From IMG/VR virus record IMGVR_UViG_3300010162_000009: a DNA stretch of 64,000 bases; one strand, 5' to 3'. This DNA is from a virus. Lineage: Duplodnaviria; Heunggongvirae; Uroviricota; Caudoviricetes. The notes beneath the pieces were generated by a model that searched no databases, was not told the origin of the DNA, and saw only the letters and a list, made by a program, of their open reading frames with translations. How positions within the stretch are numbered: position 1 is the first letter of the stretch; the number at the start of each line of letters is the position of its first letter. This document shows positions 9,686 to 19,100 of the stretch, piece after piece. The translations under genes were made by a program, and so were the position numbers.

Positions 9686-11653
9686 ATGCCAGATAATACA
9701 AGAAAAAGGATAAGCGGTCTTGCAAGGGGATACGAACAATTTGTAAATGAATTTTACAAATTTACTAGAGAATATTATCCAGATATAACAGAAACGATAA
9801 ACGATGCTTCAATAGGAGGTTTTTTTATAGACTTAAATGCTTCGATAGGTGATAACCTATCCAATTATATTGACAAAGCATATGGAGAAACACAGTTAGA
9901 TCAGGCATCTACCAGAAGAGCATTATTTTCAATAGCAAGGACAAAAGGATTAAAAATACCAGGAAAAAAAGCGAGTTTAGTTGAAGTTGAAATAAGTTGT
10001 GAAGTACCATTAGATGGAACAGGACCGAATGAAAATTATTATCCTGTTATAAAAAAAGGTGGTCAAGCAACTGGTGGCGGAGCAGCATTTGAGTTATTAC
10101 ATGACGTTAATTTTTCTTTTCAATTCGATCATAATGGCGTTTCCAATAGGATCATAAGACCAAAAGTAGATTCTAATGGAACATTAGTAGGTTATACTAT
10201 TACAAAGAAAGAAATAATGTCGAATTCAACAAGTAAAATATATAAGGTAATAATTAGTCCAAGAATGGTAGTTCCGTTTATGGAAATAATATTACCAGAA
10301 ATAAATGTTTTAGGAGTTGATTCTATTATATGTAAAGAAGGAACTTTTAGTCAATCCCCTTCAATGGCGGAATTTAATGTTTTAGACGAATTTGTAGCTG
10401 ATAAAAAAATATGGCGATATTTTGAAGTTGAAAGTTTATTGGAAGATAAATTATTCTTACCGAAATCAACATATGATTCTAATGTTGATCAATTACCAAA
10501 ACTTGTTGTAGAGGAAGAAGTTATTGAGGATGAAATTACATATAATACAAGTGTTGTTAGAGGAGAATGGCGACCAATAAAACATAAATTTATAACAGAA
10601 TATACAGATAGAGGTTTTTTCAAAGTAATATTTGGAACAGGGGATGTATATCATATTCCGTTAAATCCAACACCAACACAAAAATTAATGACACAAATGA
10701 TCAACAACCAGAATATGGGAATATTACCAAGTGTTGGTCATACTATGTGGATATTATATAGAACCGGTGGTGGAGAAGTATCAAATATTGCTCCACAAAC
10801 AGTAACCAATTTTTCAGCAAAAGAAGTAGAAGTCAAGGGCGATGGTAGTGCTACTATGGATAATAGTATTAAAATGGATAGTGTAAAAAGATCAATATCA
10901 ATCCGAAATACTAGTCCTGCAATGGGTGGTAAAGACGAACCATCTATTGAAGAAATACGATATATGATTAAATATAATAATTTAGCGCAAAATCGTTGTG
11001 TAACAATAAAGGATTATATTGAAAGGATAAATAAAATGCCGGGATTATACGGTACACCATATCGAACATCTATTATTGAAAAAAATAACATCATTTATAT
11101 TTATGTTTTGGGAATTGATCCAAACGGACATATTACTGATATGGTAACAACATCCTTATTAGATAATATTAGTAACTACCTATCAGAATACAAAATGATA
11201 GGAGATTACGTAATAATAAAACCTGGTCGTGTAATAAATGTTCAGGCAGAATGTGATGTGATTATCAATAAAGGGTATGAAAGTAATGCTGTTGTCAGAA
11301 CAATACAGAACGTAATTTTTGATTTCTTTGATACCAACAAACGAAAAATGGGTGAAAATATATTCGTATCTCAATTAATAAAAGAATTAGTATCGGTTGA
11401 TGGTGTTGATAATTTAATTGAAATAAGATTATATAATGTGTATAACGGAGTTTATAATACAAATAGAGTAAATCAACCTGTTATAACAGGAAAAATGAAC
11501 GAGGAAGGTGTTTGGATACCAGTTATAGACAGTTCAAACAGAGTAGAAATAGACTTGAAATCAAGTGATAATATTATGTACGGAAATTCAGATTCAATGT
11601 TTGAAATATTCAGCAAGGACACTGATATAAAAATCAGAGTAAAACAGATGTAA
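9686..11653 (+). CDS. Baseplate wedge subunit, gp6/baseplate-J-like
   Basis: GDNLSNYID, YRTGGG..SNI, GGKDEPSIEEIR, AQNRCVTIKDY motifs; follows the gp25-like gene. Confidence 0.85.
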   Translation: MPDNTRKRISGLARGYEQFVNEFYKFTREYYPDITETINDASIGGFFIDLNASIGDNLSNYIDKAYGETQLDQASTRRALFSIARTKGLKIPGKKASLVEVEISCEVPLDGTGPNENYYPVIKKGGQATGGGAAFELLHDVNFSFQFDHNGVSNRIIRPKVDSNGTLVGYTITKKEIMSNSTSKIYKVIISPRMVVPFMEIILPEINVLGVDSIICKEGTFSQSPSMAEFNVLDEFVADKKIWRYFEVESLLEDKLFLPKSTYDSNVDQLPKLVVEEEVIEDEITYNTSVVRGEWRPIKHKFITEYTDRGFFKVIFGTGDVYHIPLNPTPTQKLMTQMINNQNMGILPSVGHTMWILYRTGGGEVSNIAPQTVTNFSAKEVEVKGDGSATMDNSIKMDSVKRSISIRNTSPAMGGKDEPSIEEIRYMIKYNNLAQNRCVTIKDYIERINKMPGLYGTPYRTSIIEKNNIIYIYVLGIDPNGHITDMVTTSLLDNISNYLSEYKMIGDYVIIKPGRVINVQAECDVIINKGYESNAVVRTIQNVIFDFFDTNKRKMGENIFVSQLIKELVSVDGVDNLIEIRLYNVYNGVYNTNRVNQPVITGKMNEEGVWIPVIDSSNRVEIDLKSSDNIMYGNSDSMFEIFSKDTDIKIRVKQM

Positions 11654-12406
11654 CTACAACTCTGACAACAATAACATTTCTTTATCCCACGCACCCAATA
11701 TTTGATATTGGAAGCAGAATGGTGATTGTGCCAATAAAATTGGATCGCGTTTTCCATCAGCATCTCTAAAATTTTCTGGTGTTGCTATAACATAGAACAC
11801 AGGTTTTTTACTACACAAATCATCTACTTTGGTAGTATATCTTTCCATTACCCTAATAGCATCATCCGGAAATTCAGGAATGAAAATATCACTTGATTTC
11901 ATCACAAGATCGTATTTGTCAAGTAATTTTTTAATTTTTTCTTCCGTAGTATACGGGAATTGTTCAAAGAACTCTTTGAATTTAGAATATTTTTTTCTGT
12001 TTTGTAATCGTTCTTTCAATGCCGTTACTTCCCTTTTTGCGTACTTTTGTTTGATTAAATTTTCCTTGATTTCTAACATCATAATCTTATTATCAAGGTT
12101 AGATAAAGTCCATGGGGTTGGTGATGTTTCTAATTCATTTAGAACATCAATAGGTTTGATTTTTATTTTTGGTGGTAGGGTTGGTTTTTTAATATTATCA
12201 CCACCTTCATTAGTGGTAATAAATATCGCCCCATCTGTATCGCTGTCGCTACCAAACGTTACAATTGAATTTCCGCTTCCGCCAGAAGCATAATTTTTAA
12301 AATCAAAAAGATAATTCTCATAAAACTCCGGAGAATTAACGATTGTAATATTATTACTTTTTTCCTTTTTTTTATTATTCCAGTTTTGGAAAAATTTTTT
12401 GAACAT
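11654..12406 (-). CDS. Hypothetical protein
   Basis: 250-aa ORF ending DPILLAQSPF...ILGAWD; has its own upstream motif at 12435. Confidence 0.85.
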   Translation of the reverse strand: MFKKFFQNWNNKKKEKSNNITIVNSPEFYENYLFDFKNYASGGSGNSIVTFGSDSDTDGAIFITTNEGGDNIKKPTLPPKIKIKPIDVLNELETSPTPWTLSNLDNKIMMLEIKENLIKQKYAKREVTALKERLQNRKKYSKFKEFFEQFPYTTEEKIKKLLDKYDLVMKSSDIFIPEFPDDAIRVMERYTTKVDDLCSKKPVFYVIATPENFRDADGKRDPILLAQSPFCFQYQILGAWDKEMLLLSEL

Positions 12407-12434
12407 GATATTTGAAATTTTATGTAAATTTTAG

Positions 12435-12450
12435 TAAAAATACTATTTTT
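12435..12450 (-). promoter_or_regulatory. AAAAATAGTATTTTTA motif
   Basis: Reverse-complement copy 28 nt upstream of the minus-strand start at 12406. Confidence 0.5.
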
Positions 12451-12492
12451 TATTCAATAACCGTATATTTATAGTAAAATATCTTATGTTGT

Positions 12493-12681
12493 ATGTGTGT
12501 TTGTGAACGTTGTTTTCATAATATAGAAGGTGCACCAAACAGTAACAAAAATATTTGTTTCTTTTGTCCACATAACAAATTATCATCAAAAAGAAGTTCA
12601 ACTTCTTGTATATCCGACACCTCTCTTTCAAGTTTTCGCACAAAATCAGAACTATCCCATCCACAGGTATTGGTAGCGTAG
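12493..12681 (+). CDS. Possible small Cys-rich protein (strand uncertain)
   Basis: Preceded by TATTTATAGTAAAATA (same 16-mer as at 46205), but overlapping minus-strand frames are also open. Confidence 0.35.
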   Translation: MCVCERCFHNIEGAPNSNKNICFFCPHNKLSSKRSSTSCISDTSLSSFRTKSELSHPQVLVA

Positions 12682-12777
12682 GTTGTATTTTGGTGAAAAA
12701 TATCTTTCCAAACTCTCTTAGTATTGGAAAAATTATGGTTTTTTCTATATTTATATCAAAGTTTAAATGATATTAAT

Positions 12778-13188
12778 ATGGCATGCGCGTGTAGAAAAGT
12801 CGAGGAAAAGCAGAAAAGAATAATCGAATTAAACAGGAGAATAGCGGCGACCACAAATCAAACCACTCGCGATTCTCTGATAGCGGAAAGAGAAGTTGTT
12901 GAAAATACAGATGTTGATAACCAAAACAAGGTTGTGAAATTCATTAAGAATTTCTTATTTTTGTTTATAGTTAAAATACCATTTATGACCCTTATAACAA
13001 TATTAGTTATACTTGTATTGTTTTTACGCATGATAATATCAGCAATCGCTAAACATATTTTTAACAAAGAAATAAGTGGGATAAAATCCCCGTTAGACAC
13101 CTACGAAAAGTTAAAAAATAGCGCACTTGCGAATACCGCAAGAAATATGAAAGAAAAAATTGGAAATATTGTAAATGCAACAGAATAA
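12778..13188 (+). CDS. Membrane protein, hypothetical
   Basis: Start re-called to ATG 12778 (MACACRK), TATTTATA at 12748; long hydrophobic segment. Confidence 0.75.
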   Translation: MACACRKVEEKQKRIIELNRRIAATTNQTTRDSLIAEREVVENTDVDNQNKVVKFIKNFLFLFIVKIPFMTLITILVILVLFLRMIISAIAKHIFNKEISGIKSPLDTYEKLKNSALANTARNMKEKIGNIVNATE

Positions 13189-16100
13189 ATCATATCGTAT
13201 TAGAACAACACCAGGATCTGAGGATAACACGAAATTAAATATTACATTAAATCAGGAATATGATTTCATCGATATTCTATCGTTAAAATTAGATCAAAAA
13301 AACGTATATCAATCACCAAGAGCGGAATATGGTTGTATTGTTGGAAGAGTAATAGCAAATGGAGGTGTTGGTGTTCCAAATGCGCGTATATCAATATTCA
13401 TTCCTGTATCTGAAACAACAAAAAGAAATAACGAAAAACGTGTTTTATACCCATATGATATTTCTTCTGATAAGAATTATAAAAATATAAGATATAATCT
13501 ATTTCAAGAAGACAACATTAATGAATGTCATCAGGTAATAGGTATATTTCCATTAAAACGAGCCGTTCTTGATAATAATAATATATTAGAGGTCTTTGAT
13601 GAATACTATAAATATTCAACAGTTACTAACAGCAGCGGAGATTATATGTTATTCGGAATACCATCCGGAAGTAATCAAGTGCATTGCGACATTGATTTAT
13701 CAGATTGTGGACATTTATCACAAATGCCTCGTGATATGTATTATAAAGGGTATTCTGTAGAACAGTTTGAAAGTAGTACACAGTTTAAGAAGGATACTAA
13801 TTTAGATAATTTGGCACAGGTATTTAGCGAGGATACTTCTGTTTATGTTTATCCGTTTTGGGGAAATAGTAATGAAGATGAGGTTGGGATCACTAGACAC
13901 GATATTAATATTTCATACAGGTTTGATACAACTTGTATTTTTATTGGTTGTATTGTAACAGACGGCGACAATGCAACAACATATACTTCTTGTCTTCCAC
14001 AGGATTCATTAGGAAAAATGAAGGATATGACTGCTAAACAAGGAACCATTGAAATGATAAGAATGGAGCCAGATGGTAGAATAACCAACTATAAGATAAA
14101 AGGAAATCAATTAATAGATGGAGATGGTGTGTGGTGTTATCAAATTCCAATGAATTTAGATTATTACACAACTGACGAATACGGTAATGAGGTTTTATCA
14201 GACAACCCCTCTATTGGTATACCAACAAGAACAGATGTAAGATTTAAAATTAAAATTGAACAACCGGAAGAACTACATAAAAAGAAGGCATGTTATTTAG
14301 TACCGCACAACCCAAAATCAGAGGTTGAGGTTAATTATACATTAGGGAAAGACACACCAAAACATTTATTTGTTTCGTTATTTAAAAACAATGTGTACAG
14401 TGTAAAATCATATATCCCACGTATGCAAATAAGTAAATCCACAAAAACAGAAAATCACTTAGGGATTAAAAGTATCCAAGATCATGGGTCAAATTTACCA
14501 TTTCCATATAATGGTTTGAGAGCACATTTACCAACACAGTTTTCAATACTTTGTGCTATTTCAGCAATAGTTATTGAGTTTATGAGAACGTGGAATCAAT
14601 TTTATACAACTTTAACCACAATGACATGTAGATTTCGTCCACAAGTAGGTGTGCGTCTTTTTAACCGATTTATAGGATTCTGTTTTTGTATAGATATTTG
14701 TCGCATGTTAGCAAGTATATTTTGCGGAAAAGAGAGTAGCTGTATGCACATTGATCCATCATGGTGTCAATACACCGACATATTATTATATCCAGGATGT
14801 TTTTATGAAGTAAAAGGTGATAAAGGATGTAGGGATAAAGATGGTAAACTTACGGGAATAAACATAAGATGGGGTGAATGCCCTGACGGTGATGAGGGGG
14901 TACCTACACCAGGATGTCAAGCAATAGAAGATGATATTACACAAACACAAGAAGCACTAGGACCTGATTTAGCATATACAAGAGAAGCGAGTGTTGTTTG
15001 GGATTGTGTTATAACAACATTAGCAGAGGGTATCGGGATAGCATTTTTCAATTTCAGCAATGATTGGATTAACGGAGCTTTATATTTTCCCACTTTTAAT
15101 TACCAAAAAAGAAGAAAAAAAAGAAGACGGATTTTAGGTATATTTGGGAAATACAAAGTAAAACATTATGAAGACGTGTGCTCATACGAAGATGAGGATG
15201 AAATACAAAAAACCTCTGGAACCAATGTTTCAAAAAGTGTTTCACAAGGTATTATGAAAACCAAAATTTTCAAAATGTGTTCACCAAAATTTAAACCTAA
15301 TACTCAACGATTTGAAATGTTCATTGACGACAAACAAAAATATAGATACTGCTATGACAATATGTATGAAAGAACATTTGGTGGAAAAGTAAAATTAGAT
15401 AAAGATGAAAAGGGACCAATAAATCAACAAAGGTGTCATGAAGAAACTAGTTGGCTTCAGATTGGTGAACCATTTATTAATAGAGAAGAAATAGATAAAG
15501 ATGAAAATGGAGAATCAATTTATGAATATTATTATAGACCAATTACAAAAAAACCATCTCCGACCACTGGAATAATAGTTAATCTATTTAAAACTGATAT
15601 TATTCTATTAGGATCATTGGATATTTGTAATAAACATGGTATTTGGGGTTTATATAAAGACTTACCCAATACAACATATCAAATGCCAGGACCATTCTAT
15701 GAAATAGATTTTGTATTAAAAATAGATGGTAATAAAGATGTTTTAGATGCGAATGAAAGTGTATTTATAGCATCTGGAAAAAACTGGGGGTGTTGTGGTG
15801 GAAGAAATCTTGATGCAGTAAAAAGAAGGAGCGAAAAATATCGTTTTCAAAGTATGAATAATTCAGGAGGATTATTTTATGGTGTTGGTTGTACAAGATT
15901 TGAAACAAAAATAAAAACATGTGTTAATTTAGAAAGAATATGTGAAGTTGGGGTTGATTTAGATGTATATTCAGCAATTGAAGGTGTGTGTGATGTTGAT
16001 AGGCATGAAGGAAATACTGAAGTACTAGTAACACCACAAGGGTTTATTGGTAAAGATCAATTAATACGTGGAACGGAAATAAGACAACAATTTGCTACAT

Positions 16101-19100
16101 TAAATCAACACAGATTGAACAGATATAGGTTAGAAGGTGGAGACCCAAAAGATAATCTAATATCACATGAGGGGAAAAAATACTACGATTTTGAATATGT
16201 GTATCCAACAAATTTTGATGGTAAATTATCCGGAATTTTTAACGATAGAGGTTTACCGGAAAATCAAAGACAAACCAATTTAAGATTAGATCATCACAAC
16301 ACACTAAACGAAAGTTATATAGATCCAGAATATTTTTATTTTAGATATGGAACACGCACACTAACACAAAACGTTGCGTTATCTGTCGAACCCGGCAAAT
16401 ATATAGATTTTTTCCAACCGATAAATTCATTTTATTTTTATTTTGGTATAAAATCAGGATCAACCGCAATAGAAAAATTACGACAAAAATTTACCTCAAA
16501 ATGTTTTCAATCAACAGATGATGTAGTTCAAATTCAAGTAAATGTAATAAATCATCCGTACATATGTTATTGTTCAGATAAACCGCTTTCAATACCAGAA
16601 CCAAGTATTAAAATAGAGGTTATAGGCGCAATGACTTCATATAATATTTCTATAAAAAATAGTATGGGTGAAGACCTTAACAAAAATAACTACAAAGGTA
16701 TAATATCTAATAAAGGAACATATAATCACTTTGGTGACAATTTGGAAAAAGTGAATATAAATGTAGATGTATATTCTTTGGTAGTATTACATGATGATTT
16801 CAAAAATGAAGGAACGTTTTTTGTTAATTTTATTGATGAGTATGGTAATATAAGTCAAAGTACATTTACATTAAGATTTCAAAACAAGGTAAATTTTAAT
16901 CTGGTAGAAACTCTTCCTGTATTTGATGAGGTTAGTAGCAGTGTGATTTGCTTACCACCATCAACAAATACACCACCACAACAAACAATATTTGACGAAA
17001 ATGGAAGAGAAACCTGTGCCGTGGTTACGTTGGAAAATATTAATAATATAATAATAAAAAATTGTAAATTAAAAGACTATCAGTTACGTATAATTCGCAG
17101 ACAAATAAATATAGGTAGCGGTGCTATTTTAAATATTAATAATGGGACACACAGTCTATTAAGTAGAGGTTTTAAATATAAAATCGGTGCTTATGGTAAA
17201 ATTGGTAGTGGAGACGCATATCTCAAAGTAACCAACATTAATACAGAAGGTGGTATCACTTCATATACTATAGTTACTGAAGATGATAATCCTACCACTA
17301 TTACACCTGAAACTTATCTTAATGGTAATTATACTGTTGAAAATATGAAAATAGTTACACCTGAAATAGTAGTTTATAGTATTCCAGAAAAATATTATAG
17401 CGAATATGATGATGTTGAAAATTTATCTGATGAAGAAAGGAGAAATTGGAAGAAATTTAAACTATATCTTTGTGAAGGTGAATACACAATATGTTTAGAA
17501 GGAAAGGAAGGTAATTGTATTGGTAAAGATGTATATTGTGATTTTATTACCATAAAAATACAACCAGGAATAAGTTTAGTATTTAAAGGTGGTAAATTAT
17601 TAGCAAAATATTTTAGACCAAAAACAGTAAATGGTATAACATATACACCACAAGATAATATGTGGTGGGATGAATTTTTTAAGTTTTTACGCGGAACAAC
17701 CGGCAAAGAAGATAATGTTCTATTTACAGAATTTAAAGATTGGTACTCCGGTCAGTTTGATGATACCACCGAGGATAATATAAGGGAAAAAATTTCTTTG
17801 TTAAAAGAAATGTGGATGCCAATATGTAGTGATAATATACCAATTGTTCAGTTGGATGGTATAGGGTATTACCCACCAATGAGAACGCTATTATATGGTG
17901 CAGTAAATATTAAACCCCCATTACCATTAACCAATACCTTATTGTGTGCAAGCGACACATATAATTCTCTTAATAAGAATGATGATGCTTACCGTCATAA
18001 TGATATACCATATCAAACACAAAACTCAACATTAACCGGGTTATCAGACGCATATAGAGTACGCAACGATTCAGGTGTTTTATATACAACACCGTCCGCT
18101 GCCAATGCAGCTGCACCAACAAACCATTTAACACCCGAAAAATTAGTATTCACAACATCGCGAATACCAATAAAAGAATATACAAATCAAAGTGGTGTTA
18201 TTAATTATAAACCAGGTGGTTTCTATGCGGGTGTTATAGGACAAAGCGGCGCAGGAAGAGCTGGTGGTTACAATAGTTCATTATCAACAAAAATAAAGGA
18301 ATTACAAACAAACTCATTAAATGAACGTGATTTTCATAAACAAATTTCCGCATTAGAATTATTATATGGTAATATTAATTCAAGCGGATTACTAACAAAC
18401 TGGCCAGCAGATGCTAATAAATATTTATTTAAATTTCATATATTAGACCAAACACTTAAAGTTTTCAAGGATTGGAATAGAATTGCCGCACCATTTTATG
18501 ATTATTATGAACCATATGGATGTGCAAAGAGGGATATACCACCATACTTTGATGTTTTTTATGTGAACGGTCCTCTGGTTGAGTTAACAACAGAAGTAGG
18601 AAACTCCGAATTTGATTTAGTTAATATTACTTCAACTGATAACATTCTTAAACGTGTTATACCGGAAGTTGACTACGCAATAAAAATACTCGAAGAACTA
18701 CCTGAAGATAAAGAACCACCAGAAGGTTTAGTATTTATAACAATAACATCAGTTGTACCTGATTTTAGAACGCATTTGGGTAGTTGTCCATTATTAGTAC
18801 CAAATGCAAGACATATTTATTCAACAAGTAGATACATTGGAGCAGGAAATATTGCTATTGAACAAAGAGAAATAACAATAGACAAAGAAGGTAATGAAGA
18901 GGTAGAAGTACTATGTTCAAACGAAGTAGTACCATCATTAGATTTGGAAGTTGAAAATAGAAATCAAAGAGTATCAACCTTTTTTACTAATCCAAATAAT
19001 TGTTCTAATGTAACAAACTTCTATTCCCACTCTGTAAGAGTACCTGGTATGGATAATGGTATTTTTAATACTATTATTAATGGTGGTAATGTATCCGATT

